Shown here: positions 22,070 through 34,871 of the stretch, piece after piece
How the letters are laid out: each line of letters starts with the position of its first letter
How positions within the stretch are numbered: position 1 is the first letter of the stretch
Source: Seison nebaliae
Lineage: Eukaryota
Length of the DNA stretch: 44,248 bases
Direction: 5' to 3'
NCBI GenBank assembly: GCA_023231475.1
Contig: JALJEE010000439.1
Span: 1-44,248, forward strand
Position numbers and translations under genes: made by a program
The notes under the pieces: generated by a model
Told to the model about the DNA's origin: nothing
Seen by the model: only the letters and a program-made list of their open reading frames with translations
Databases searched by the model: none

Positions 22070-22618
22070 TTCTATACTGAAAAATTAGTCAAATTAACTT
22101 TGTGAAATAAACAATTGGGGGTTTATTGGAGATGATTTATGAATTAAAGTGGATGGAATTTTAACGTAGAATAAAATTTTCTAAAAATTATTTTACAAAT
22201 TGAATGGCTTAATCTTCAAATGATACCTCTAACATTATTAATGAAGTGAAATTTATGCACAACTAAATTGTGAGATTGGAAGGAAAAAAAACTTTACGCC
22301 ATCAAATCTCATTATGTAAACCGGATTTTGTAAACAGTTATTTTCATATCTTTTTAATTATATAACATAAATAGTATCTTTTTAACTGAACCATTAAAAT
22401 TGTTGAATTAAAATGGAATCTGATCGTTTTATATTGAAATAGAAATTTAAATTTAATTAAATTTGGCGAATTAATGAAGGAGGAGAAACCATCGTATTGT
22501 GGAGGAATGAACGGAATTATAAAATTTCTTTATCGAAAACAATAAAAACATCGATATTTTAATACAAAATTGATAATAAAAATTTGTGTGATTTTTTTCC
22601 AATAAAAATTATACCGAA

Positions 22619-25542
22619 TTAATCATAATCATTACTTCCTAATCGTTTTTGGCGTAGGCAATCTTGTATAATCATCTTCTGAGCTGAATGAGAATCGAGT
22701 GTACAATAAGTTCCGCTAATTTCATCGAATCGTTTAACTGTTCGTAGACCTTTAAGAATTTTCACGCACAACTTAGAGAGACGTTTGTCTTCGAATTCTT
22801 TCATCCATAAATTGTCGACTGGAGGTGAATCAGTCATCATTTCCAATAATTGACATTGTCGTCCTCGACTGAGGAGAGGTAATCGGTTTTCTGCTTCCGC
22901 ATTCACGTCAGCCACTGTCCAACCATTGAAGAAATTGTCGCAAAAGATAACGTTTCGTTTAAAGAAGAATGCCGTAGCCCCCATTCGATATTTGTCACAA
23001 TGAGAACTATTATCAGCGATCTCGTACATTCGGAGTTTATGAATGTCCACATTAGATTTTATTGCTTTCTGTATAACGCTAGCTAAATTGTATGGGATTT
23101 CTGTGTAGAATTTACCTACCTCATATTGCGACCAATTGAGATGCTTCATGAATTTGCAGAATTTCAATTCGGGATATCTAAATAATTGATTAATTAAGAT
23201 AAAAAAAATAAAATTTGAAAGAGAAAGTGGAACGTTATAATTCGTCGTTTAACATCGAAGCATGTTAGACGTGCAATTAGATTGAGTATATCAGCCTCTT
23301 CCGAAAATTGTGTTTCAAAAGTTGGAATTTCCATTTTACTCAGAATCATCAAATATTGCGACCAAGGAATCAGTTCATTTATGAACGGTTTCGGTGCAAA
23401 TGCTGTATACATATTATAGATAATTGAAGCTAAAGCGAAGTAATCGCGTTCTGTACCAACACCTTGGAATACGTCAGGATACATCGCTTCCGGACTACTG
23501 AATGGAAGATTACCAGTAAAAATTCTTTTCCTCTTATTATCAGTTTCCATATATGCGTATTCGAAATTTGTTATCTTCAAACATCCGTTAGCAAAAACGA
23601 CAAAGTTCTCTATTTTTAGCACAACATCGATTCATATTACATATCGACTTACAAATGAAGAAAGTAGAAACCTTCTTTAATATTGCCGTGAACTATGGAC
23701 ATTTCGTGAAGTTCGTTGAGACCACAAGCGATCATGGCTAAGAAGTGTCGAATCCAATTCGGGTCCATCATCTAGTCGAAATGTGGATGAAAATAAAAAT
23801 GTGAGAGAATTAATGAAACTAACAGGTCGTTTTTCAGCTCCTTCATCCACTTCGGCTGACGAGTAAGAAATTCGTTGAATTAAATCATGTAGAGTGCCGA
23901 TTTCTGGGTATGGGAAGGCGATATAAAGTGAACAAGAATCTTCGTCAAACCATAACGGAATATTGTTGTAGAAGATTTGAGAGGAATTCTTCATCAATAC
24001 GCACAGCATAAAATGTTCATGAAAGATACTCTCTCGAAGTAATAACAAATTATTATTTTTGGTCGTGGAACACATCCGAAAACTTTGAAGATATCTCATT
24101 TTTGGAATACATTTCAATGAGAGGAGAAGATCTAAATTATAATGTTCAGAAATTAGAATAGAGATTTTCAAAAAATTAAAATTAAGAACACGAAACTTCT
24201 CGTATTGACACAAAGTAACATGTAACCGTTGCTCACTTTGTGAGTGGGGCCGACAAGACCTTTTATTTTTCGTCGAACAAATAAAGGTGAACTCGATGGG
24301 TCCTCCAATTTTCTTATTACGATTTGATTGTTAAATTCTGATAGCGATTTCTTTTCGGAGAATGACAGTGAAATTTCATCTTCTTTTCGTTTAATAACAA
24401 CCAATTTTTCATGTAACTCTTCAACATATTTGGGCGCCATCTTACTAAATATATTAGCGGCCACCATACAAAAGGTGTTCGTCTCCGTAAAACTTGGAAA
24501 TACGAAATGAAAATATGTGGAATTCGTACTCAATGATTGTAGTTCATATCCTTGAGCCAACGTAATTATCGTTGTTTCACCACGTAAACCGGTTACCACT
24601 TCATCCGCTGTTATCTCTCCTAGAAATAAATAATTAAATTTTCATAATAAATCGAACTGAATTAGAACCTAAATCTTTTTGATCTCGACTTTGAAGAATA
24701 AGTTGTTTCCATGGATAAGCGGCATTATTACGAACGGCAGCTAATGGAAGAACTGGTTGGAATTCAACTTGATCTAAAAACGCCGAGTCTTTCAATTCGT
24801 TGCTACTTACATAAGACTGATATGAGCAACTAGTGATTAGGCCGTCAGGAAATCGTTCGGCAACTGATAAATTCATATCTCGAGACTTATCCGTTAATAG
24901 GAAAGCAACATCCAATATATTGCCATCGACATCATGTGTTGTCTCCCATAGACGCAAATTCAAATAATCATGAGGAATTAAACTTGTGTACATCAAATTA
25001 TATTGAGAATCAGTTAATAAGAAAAAGGTCTTATGTCGTCGTTTTCCCGAAGTGATGTTCATCGATTGGGTAATTCGACGTTTCTCTTGTTTTCGTAATT
25101 TGGCCTGAATGTGACGTCGATCTCTTTCAGACATTCCATATTGAGTGGACATTTTGAAGGGTGTTAATGGGCCGACAGGTGTGGGAAAATAAAATTTCCT
25201 AAGATTTTCTATAATCGAACTCAATTCCTCTAAATCCTTCGAAAGGATATCTTTGTCTTTCTTTACTATATTCAATCGTTCTTCTATCTCCTTTAACTCT
25301 CCCTCGTTGCGGCCTGCTAAAGGGGCGGCGGCTCTCCTATTTAAACTTTTTATTCTACTCATTTTACTCCGTTTCTTCAGTTCCAATCTATGCTCTTCGT
25401 TCAGTAATTCCTGAAGTCGACGAGTGTCATCCTCCAAACGTTGCTGGAGAACGTTGAAATTGCGAACTATGTTGTTTGAACTGCCGTCATTATATTGTTG
25501 TGCGTCAGTTGGTGGTTGTACGAATCGTTTATAAATATCCAT
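22619..25542 (-). CDS. Coiled-coil plus AGC-like pseudokinase, about 6 exons
   Basis: Spliced translation gives LSLKCIPK (VAIK), YPEIGTLHDLI, LNELHEMSIVHGNIKEENF (HRD->HGN), LKITNFEYA (DFG->NFE), GNLPFSSPE, RDYFALASIIYNM and ELKFCKFMKHLNW. Five GTT..AG introns restore the frame. The start codon is uncertain. Confidence 0.75.
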
Positions 25543-25779
25543 AGAATTCAAAAGAAGAAAAGGGAAATGAAACAGAAATAGTTTAAACGAAACAAATTTA
25601 CGAACTGAAAATTTATACGAAATTTTTTCGCCTTCAAAAGTTTAATTCTTTGTTTTTCTATATTCTTAACTTCTTCCGCTGTTTCGATTGTCTTACCTGC
25701 CCATTTCGTCTTACTCGCTCAAAGAAAATTTAAGTTTCTACTTAAGTTTATTTCGGCTTTCATCCATTGAATTGTAGCG

Positions 25780-27240
25780 ATGAATTTTGATGAAACAAAT
25801 CTCGTCTTCCATACTCCAACCATTCAATTAGAATTATCTGACGCAAACTCATTTTTTGGGAAGTTTCCTGTGACTAATCCTTCCGACACACAACACATAG
25901 CAGTCAAAGTGAAATCCAATTCAGATACGTATAACGCCTGTCCATGTAAATTTGGACTGAAAGTTTTCGTTCTTTAACTATTCTCTTTCTCATATCCACT
26001 CGAAAAGCCGAAACAAACCAAAGCGATATCTATCCGTTCTTCCAAGCCGATCAAATCGAGCGATCAGTTTCTTTTCCTCTACAAAGCGACTGTGCAACCG
26101 GTGACTTCTGATTTATTGCAAACATTATTAACTCGTTACATTTCCAATTCTACTTTCTCAACTTTTTCCCGTTACTTATAGATGGTAATTGTAAAAAACG
26201 ATTTATTAAAGTGCGATATATCGATTTTAATGAATCGGAAAAATTTAGTGTAGCAGAAAGGATAGCGAATGCTCGACAGAATGAGAGTGAATCACTTGTC
26301 GTACAAAGAAATGATTGCAAGTTTACACGCGTCTCACCAGAACAAATTCACATGGAGGAAGAGACTCCATTAATTCGAGAACTGTTCGCACTTAATCATC
26401 ATCGAAGTAAACGGAAAGCACCAGCACCGCCAATCAGTCAAAAATTTCCATCAACTTCCACCCAGATCAACAATAAGAATGTCAATGCCAATTTCTTCGG
26501 AATTTCCATGCCTTCCAGCCAAGTTTAATTAGGAATTCTTATTATTATATTTTCTATTCATTCATTCGTTAAAGGATGAAATGGCAATGGAGAACTTCAG
26601 GGGAAGAAATGAAAATTATTCAAGTCAAAATTCATTGAAATCTTTTAAGAAATCAATTGATTATAAGACTCAACAATCCAGTCAGTTAGCAGCAACTAGC
26701 AACGATGTATTTGACGATGGTTTAACGAATGACACCACCAAATTATTAAGTAGACCTTCGACAACTCAGACAAATAATTCGGTGAGTAATAAGAAAAGAT
26801 GTGAAAGAAGAAAATTGGAGAATAACAATCAATTATCTGATATTGAGATGCAAATGAGATCCGGTTTATCGACGACGGGAGAGAATAATGGAAGTAACAA
26901 TATATTTTTTGAGAAACAATCGAAAGTGAATGAATGTCGATTATTATTCGATGATCAAAGAAGTTGTAGTTGAACTTTCAAATTTTTAAATTCATTTCTC
27001 TCATTTCACAGATCCGACGACTAATAAGAACACAAATTGCTGCGACTCATCCATTTCAACGAAGAAGATGCAAGACACGAAGAACCCTCTTAGACGTTCT
27101 ATTTTATTCTCAGTGAACATTTAGCAATTCTCTATGTTCCAGTCTCTCTACCCGTTATGTTCCTGATTCTAATATTTATCACGGTCATTTTGATATTGAT
27201 GACAATCGTCATATTTTTTCTAACAGGTATCATTTCCTAA
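25780..27240 (+). CDS. Divergent MSP-domain (VAP-like) tail-anchored protein, 6 exons
   Basis: N-terminal VTNPSDTQHIAVKVKSNSDTYNACPCKFGLKPKQTKAISI is MSP-like. A low-complexity linker follows, then a C-terminal hydrophobic anchor PVMFLILIFITVILILMTIVIFFLTGIIS*. Five GTT introns. Confidence 0.7.
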
Positions 27241-27402
27241 GACGGACAACTCGTAATTCATTTCCGTTCTCATTATAATAAAGTTGATGTTGATAAGAAA
27301 AGCAAAATTGAATTTCAATCCAATTCTGATTTGGACATGATACATAAAAGCATAAAAGATACATAATTGATCTTGTTTTAGAAATGGTTATTTGCGCGTA
27401 GA

Positions 27403-29807
27403 ATGCATCAATTCATTTCGAGCAATAACTTGCTAGTTAATCCGAAAGTTATATGTTTCTACGGAAATCCTAATTATGTGCGTTACTCTTGGTTTCGTCT
27501 GACGAATATTAATGAGACGGATGTGATAAAATTCCGAGTCAAACGCGCCGATCCCGAATACATGATCCTTCCATCAAGTGGAATAATTGAAGTTATTATT
27601 TCAATGCTAATTCTCTCTCCATCAGAATTGGGTTGAGACGAATCTTTGTGTCGAATCGACTAACGAATCGTCTCTATTTATTCGAATGTCTAACAATGAT
27701 TATTTCATTACGATCGTTCATTAAATTTTCGGTCTCACGTTTTAGCCATTAAAGAATGTTAAAGTGATAATTCGATGCGATTGTAATGTTATCACTTCAA
27801 CGACCATATCATTCGCCTACCAAATCGTTAAATCGAAAAGAACTGTTCCTAGTTATGATTCGAATTGATGATAAACTTAAAATTTATTTAATTCCTAGGT
27901 TCCTTATGGAAGAGTTATATTATGCCAATTCATCACCAGGCGTCGAAACCGAATGACGAGAATAAGAATGGAAATGCATTCGAACGAATTAAAAAGACGA
28001 AGTGGATGAAGAAAGAAGCGTTGGCAGCAAAAAAACGACGAAGATTAACTTCTCCAGATGAGATACATTTACTTGGTCATCAACATGCTCATCATCATAA
28101 TCATAAAAGTAGGGATAAGGATGACAAATCAAAGCATAGTTATTATTTGAATGATCTCATTTTTATTAAACTTCATATTTTTCTAGAAGTTTAATTGAAT
28201 TCTCATTTATTTAATGTTAGTTGTGATTAAAAGAATTTCTTTCAAAAATTTGGTAAGAAGAACAATTCAGGAATCCATCCCGATAAATATTCCGTATTCG
28301 ATCGAGAGAAAGGTTACAATAATCCACTAGTGAAAAGTGGAGTGAATGATCAGTCGGCTAGTGAGAGTGTCTTACAAGGTTCGTTTTTCCCCTGAAAGAT
28401 TTTTTTCTTTTTTTCCCATTTCTCAAGATACGACGACCATTGACACATATGAAGGAAATACGAATGAATCACAAAGAAATGCATCACTCTCCTTATTACC
28501 ATCACAAGTTCCATTTTCCAATCATTTAATTCAAATTAATTTGTTAAAATATCGAATGCTATCGTTGCAAATCATCACTAATTGTTCGCACTAATAGGAC
28601 ATCTCTCAAAATAACGCATATGGTCAAGAAGGTCAATTTGATGGTTCAGCTGATCCATCGTCCGCCGCTGCTCACAATAGTTAACAATTGGAAATTTTTT
28701 AAAAGAAAGAAATTTAGAAAACTTGATTTTATATTTGGTTTATAGTGGGAATGGTGAATTATAAGCATTACGATAGATCGAATTTCTTAATAAATGCCGA
28801 TGGCTCTCGACGAAGAACTAGTTAATTATTTATTCATTTCAACAGAATCTTCTTTTCAATTGTTCTCACATATGTAACAGATGAATATCCGTATGGAGGG
28901 AAGCAATATACAGCGTTCGAACCGAATACACCCAGTTAGCTTGTTCATCAATCTTCCTCCAACTTTCTCCTTCTCCTCTAAAAGAATATTATCAACAGGC
29001 ACAAAATAAATATGCGGTGAAATCAGGACAAGAAACGAGGGCTTATAAAGTGACGGAAACTTCGAAAAAAGTGTATGATTATGATGACTATTCGGCAGGA
29101 GGTAAGTTAATTTTTTTTGTCGAAACCAATCCATCAGATAATTGACTTAGGCGAGGGGAGTAAGAAGAAAAGAGGCAAATCGAAAAAAAGGAAAAAGGGA
29201 AAAGGAAAGTCGAAGAAAAAAGATAGATCAAAACCGAGAGATTCTCTTCAAATGACCGAGATGACAAAGGAAGTAAGAGAATCGAGCACATCGCGGGTCG
29301 ACGAACAATTCCCGGTGTCAGATGAGTCATCCGCTGCTCCTCCTCCAAGCACTCCACAAAAATCTGTTACGCCAACGCGTTCAATAAGTGAACAGGAAAC
29401 TGATACGTTGATGGGAAAGAATCGACAAAATAAGAAATGGAAAAGAAGTTCTGATAGTCGGACAAGTGAAATGAGTTAGACAAAGTTCTTTTTATAATAT
29501 TCAGTCAAATATCTTCAATTATATAGAGAATCAAAAAACAGGAGAAGGAATGGCACGTTTCTCTTATGTAAAATTATCTTTAATGTCAATTATTACCATT
29601 ATCACTATTGGTATTAGTATATTGATCGGTTGTGCACTCTATTTCGCTTTACGACCAGGATCTCATCGCATGATATCATCTACGCCATATATATCAGAAT
29701 TAGAATTCCCAATACTTCCCGGCGACATCATCCCCAAAACGAAGAAGAAGAGACCAATGTTATATAATAGTGAATTATTTCAATCAGGTCCATTCAATCC
29801 TGATTAA
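27403..29807 (+). CDS. Second divergent MSP-domain (VAP-like) membrane protein, about 12 exons
   Basis: LLVNPKVICFYG..FRLTNINETDVIKFRVKRADPEYMILPSSGIIEPLKNVKVII is MSP-like. A Lys/Ser-rich linker follows, then a near-C-terminal TM helix (LMSIITIITIGISILIGCALYFAL). Exons join in frame through short introns. Confidence 0.7.
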
Positions 29808-30061
29808 TAAATTCGAATTTACCCTTAACAAAGTAAATTGAGCTATTTCTAATTTGATTTCCTCACTAAATTTGAAGAGAGAGAGAGAGAAGATTAATTA
29901 AATTTGATTAAATTCAATAAAATTTCTTTTTATTAGTTGAAGAATGAAAAATAAAGTTTATTCATGTTCTTTCAAATTTAAATTCCAAATTATAATTTCA
30001 TCATCAAATCATACTCGATAATTGACATAAACCTGGATAAAGAGTTGTTCATAACACGCAT

Positions 30062-32147
30062 TTAAGCGTTAATCTCTTTCAACAACTTCCGAGCATATTG
30101 ACAAGTGTCGATTGGTGAGACATCGACACAACTGACTTGTAAACGCAAATCATCTTCATACGTTTCCATTCGGAATCGTAATCGGAAGATCATTGACCGA
30201 AATAATAAACTCTCCACTTTCTCCGTCAATTTCCCTTCGTCCTCCATGAAAATTACTCCCAATTCCTTCGCCGACATTCCATCCAAACATTTCTCCACTT
30301 GATCATTGAAGAAATTGACCCAAATCGAATTGGTAGAATCACCAATGACCATTCGTAGAAGAGTTCGATAAGTAAAAGAATCGAAATCTGAATTACATTT
30401 ATCACAATGAAATTGACCATCATTCTCTTTCACTTTCTTATTACAACCATCAGTTGGACACGATTTATAAAGCATTTTCGGTATTTCAGATAATCGAAGA
30501 ACCGTTCCTTTTACCGTCAAATATTCTGGTGTTTCCGGTTCCTTCTCAATAATATCTTGAATTGTTCCAATAACATTCATTTTGATGCCTGTCGATACTG
30601 ATGTCAATCGTCGAAATGATTCTGATGATAAATCTTTTCCTGTAGTCGACCACCAATCAATTAAAGGACTGGTATATTCATTTACTTCATTCATTTTAAC
30701 CGATGTGTTATTAGTACAACTTAAACTAATTCCATTAAAATCAGAAATTGCACAATCCTTCAAAATTATCACTTTTTCTTGAGATGTTTCATTTAACTCT
30801 TCTGCCTGACGATTCCACATCGTTAATGAAATGCTTGTCAATGTTTCATCTACTAACAACATGTCACGTTTAATGATTTCTCGTCCAGTTTGTTTGGAGA
30901 TGATTCGAACGGATTCATTCACCATTTTTATGATTCCAACCACGTCACACATTTTCATACCACATTTCAAATCAGAAAGCTTCTTCAAATCATAACTGAT
31001 AACTGGAGCACATTCTCCTTCATCATCATCGATTTTCTTAATGTCTGTCACTTGACTTAACATCACTTCATAATTATGACCAGTTTTATTGAATCTCGTA
31101 TCAGCCACACGAATTCGACCATCACTAATCAAATAAACTTTATCGTGTTCGATCAATTCAAAGAATTTTTCTGCTTCCGCTTTGAAAGCCGTCATTCGAA
31201 TAGTTCCTGTATCATCCATCATATTGAAATTGAAGAGACAACCTTCTCCTTTGGCGTTCGACCATTTCTTCAAATCGCCTTTCATCGTTACTCGACCACA
31301 GATCGCCCAACTTTGATCATATGGTGTGAGACTTTCAATTTTTGTCAATTGACAATCTTTCAAAAAATTCGCTTTCTTTTTTATTGTAGCTGTTGACACC
31401 AGTTTTCTCGGTGAACATTTCATTGGTGAATCGATTCTCAATCTGGTTGCACTATCACTCAATACCTTTTCCGCGACCTTGAATTGAGAAGCTTCAAATC
31501 TTTTCTTCATCTCATCAGCTTTCTGTTCAAAACTTTTCGGATCGGTTATCACTCCTGAAATTCATGGAAAATATGAATTCGTTCAAATATTCTACATTCG
31601 TTAGAAAAGAAATTTGGAAACTTAAATTCATATCATATTTCACCGGATTTCCAATCAATTCCTCCGGCGATGTATCGATAACTTTCAACTCTTCATTCAC
31701 TCGAATGTACATACTTGAAATAATAAATGAGAATAAAATGAAATAAAATAAAATTTCTTAATATTTTCTCAAAAAAAATTTTTTTTAAAAAATTCCCGAA
31801 AAAATTTTCAAGAATTCATTAGTGACTAACCAATAAAGACCGTCTGTTTTCTTCTTAATGGCCGGAAGCGAATAATCGGATATTCGAACAATATTGAACT
31901 TATTCGCATCCGTCAATTTCGTTTCTTGAACTATTACTTCGGTGGTGTGTGTACCATCATTTAATTCCATAATATGGACATTACCCCGAGGTCTAATCTT
32001 TATGAATTGAAAAGTGGCATCTTTCACATAATCAACACATCGATAAATCGACTAGAAGAAGAAGATGATAATGATGAAGAAGAGTGAGAGATGTGATAAA
32101 TGAAGGAATCTAACCACGATGGCATTCTTCGTCAATGGAACGACCAT
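30062..32147 (-). CDS. RPA1: Replication protein A 70-kDa subunit, 4 exons
   Basis: IESLTPYDQSWAICGRVTMKGDLKKWSNAKGEGCLF; DDTGTIRMTAF; SKQTGREIIKRD; zinc finger YKSCPTDGCNKKV..CDKC. The N-terminus MVVPLTKNAIV is joined via three GTT introns (first at 32052-32114). Confidence 0.95.
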
Positions 32148-32390
32148 TTTCTTCCTGAAAATTTCTGTTGGAGAATTATCTCTGCAATAAAAAAAATAAA
32201 ATAGTGGTAAGAAATGGTTGTCCGTGGAATTATTGAATGGAAATAAAATATTTTACATTTTGAATGTTTACCAGTAAAATAAATGAATATAAATTAGTTT
32301 GTCTTTCTCATGTTTGAGAGAATGAAATTTTAAATTTCAAGTCGAAAAAATTCTTCAATTCCTCCACAATTTTATTTCACATCTGACGAA

Positions 32391-34871
32391 ATGGTGAATG
32401 AGTTGTTGGTGAGGAATATGGACGACCTTCTCCTCGCATTCTATTCATCAGTGAAAATGCAAAATCTAATAACGGAAACTGAACAATTCTTCATTAAGAG
32501 TTGGGCCAATTTATCCATTTTCTCCCGACATCTTTTTCTCAGATTATATTCGAAAACTTTTACTTTCTGTCGCTATGACGAATGGTCAGTGAAATATGAG
32601 AACGGTGAAAATTCATTAAACGAATTGAGAAATTACAAATTCTTATCTAATGATCATGAGAAGTTATCGAATGAATATTTATTTAAATTGTTCACCAAAT
32701 CTGAATTAGAATCGATTCGAACATCGATCGATGGAAATGGAAAGAAAAAAAAGAACGAACGAAAAAGTGACTTGATCAACGATCTGATAAGAGATAGAAA
32801 TCATCTGATTACTGATTATTTCCAAATTAAATTAAAAAATAATTGTAAAAATGAACTACCATCAGAATCACTTTCAAGATCGAGTCGAATTCGACAAAGA
32901 ATTTTATCGATCTCTAATGGAATAATTTGTTTGAATGAAACCGTTGGGAATTTATTCGATATGATAATTCTTGGATCGATTCCTCAATTTCCATTTCTTT
33001 TCAATTCATCAATTAACGACAATAATTTAGAACGGTGTAATACAGAACGATATTTAGATCCGTTTCATCGAAAAGAAATCCGTCAAAATTTCATTCGATA
33101 TTTCTCTTTCACTCAATTTCATCCAAGAGATATCGATGATTTTCGAATAGACGAAATCTTTCAAGATCGTTCACATCTTCATATATTTGTGGAATTTATA
33201 AATATTTCAGTGATAATGGAAAATTATTCAAAACCCAATTCTTCTCTTATGGAATTGAGTGAAAATCAACTTTTATTCATCGATATCATTTGGAAGACGA
33301 TAAGAGATCAATTATTGATTAATGATAAATTTGAACGAATTGCATGGATTTCTATTGATATGTTTCATCGAATTCTTCAAATTTTCGAATTAAAGTATTG
33401 GAAAGTGGGAGTGGGTGTGGAAAAAGAAGAGGAAAATGAAATGATTGATGGAAATCTTTTATCATTTAGTATGGAAGATCATGAGAAATTTGAGAGATTA
33501 AATCGAATTTTTATTCGGAAATCATTCTCTCTCAACATCCAACGTGTACGTCTCTTATTGAGTTCAATAAAAATAATGGAATCATTATTCAATATTGATG
33601 AGATCATTTTCGTTTTCCTTATCCTTTTATTCCATCCAAATTTCTTTTTCTTCTTCTCAACTATGAGACCAATTGGAGATTTATATGAGAGACTCTTCAT
33701 CAATCTTGATGAGTTTCGTCTCATTCATTTAAATTTCTCAACGGAATCCAAACGGAAGAAACTGACCAACTCAGATTTGAGCTTCCCAATCGACCAATTG
33801 GAGAGGAGAGTGACGATTATTGCTTTCTATGACCAACGATTACAAGCATTCCAAAGATTGAACATGCAGAAACGTTTCAACAAATTATTCTCCAGACATT
33901 TATCCAACGAACAATTAACAAAGATAGAGAGTCATATCATTATGAATAAAGAATTGTGGTTAGATTATAAGAAGGAATTCCATGAAATTACCATCGACTG
34001 TCCCGCTCTAATTGACGAGAATATAAAAGAAGGATTGGACATGAAACGTAGTAGTATCTTTATCAATGAAAATACTGGTCGAGTAAATAGTGTAGAATTA
34101 TCAGCTCTTAATTATTATTTGAAATATAAAGAAATGCAACAAGGTTTTCATTCAGAAAATTCTTTTTTGAACACTCTAATCAATATCATTTGTTTCGATG
34201 TCGTTCATTTCCAACATATAAATCACATTTATTCATCAGTCTTTACTCAAATCTTAGAAAGTGAGATGTCATTCACTTTCACTCATCCATTTAGTGGTAA
34301 TAGAAATGGATCGAAATACATTTCCATAAATAATTCTAATATTCTCTCAAAAGAAAATATTGGAGAAAGTGAATGTGGAGGAGAGAGGAAGGAACCGTTT
34401 GATATTTTCGCACCACAATTCTACATTCGTCGCGCATATATATTTGAGAAATTCTTTCACTTCCTCCGAACGACAACTCAATCAGATTTGAATAAATATT
34501 ATGAAAGAATCATATTAGATAACTACCAAAATCAGGATGTACATCATTCAATAACAATGAGGAACAATCAATCACATCTCATTAATTGGTCAGTATTCGG
34601 AAATGATTGTACAGAATTCTTACGAATCTTCTTATTCATACTCAATTCAACTCCTATAACAGATCTCATTAAACTTTGTAAATATACTTTCTCCAACTAT
34701 CCAATGAGACGATCAGGATTTCCTGATTTGTTTCTTTTTAATTCTAAAAAAATTCATTTTGTTGAAGTGAAAGGTCCTGGCGATCACTTATCTGCCAAAC
34801 AAATTATTTGGTTGAATAAATTGGTCGAGTTTGGATTCAGTGCCGAAGTGTGTTATGTTAAGTCCTATTAA
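32391..34871 (+). CDS. FAN1: Fanconi-associated nuclease 1, intronless
   Basis: LFLRLYSK; SVELSALNYY..QGFHSENS; C-terminal VRR-NUC RSGFPDLFLF..FVEVKGPGDHLSAKQIIWL..AEVCYV. Confidence 0.92.
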   Translation: MVNELLVRNMDDLLLAFYSSVKMQNLITETEQFFIKSWANLSIFSRHLFLRLYSKTFTFCRYDEWSVKYENGENSLNELRNYKFLSNDHEKLSNEYLFKLFTKSELESIRTSIDGNGKKKKNERKSDLINDLIRDRNHLITDYFQIKLKNNCKNELPSESLSRSSRIRQRILSISNGIICLNETVGNLFDMIILGSIPQFPFLFNSSINDNNLERCNTERYLDPFHRKEIRQNFIRYFSFTQFHPRDIDDFRIDEIFQDRSHLHIFVEFINISVIMENYSKPNSSLMELSENQLLFIDIIWKTIRDQLLINDKFERIAWISIDMFHRILQIFELKYWKVGVGVEKEEENEMIDGNLLSFSMEDHEKFERLNRIFIRKSFSLNIQRVRLLLSSIKIMESLFNIDEIIFVFLILLFHPNFFFFFSTMRPIGDLYERLFINLDEFRLIHLNFSTESKRKKLTNSDLSFPIDQLERRVTIIAFYDQRLQAFQRLNMQKRFNKLFSRHLSNEQLTKIESHIIMNKELWLDYKKEFHEITIDCPALIDENIKEGLDMKRSSIFINENTGRVNSVELSALNYYLKYKEMQQGFHSENSFLNTLINIICFDVVHFQHINHIYSSVFTQILESEMSFTFTHPFSGNRNGSKYISINNSNILSKENIGESECGGERKEPFDIFAPQFYIRRAYIFEKFFHFLRTTTQSDLNKYYERIILDNYQNQDVHHSITMRNNQSHLINWSVFGNDCTEFLRIFLFILNSTPITDLIKLCKYTFSNYPMRRSGFPDLFLFNSKKIHFVEVKGPGDHLSAKQIIWLNKLVEFGFSAEVCYVKSY

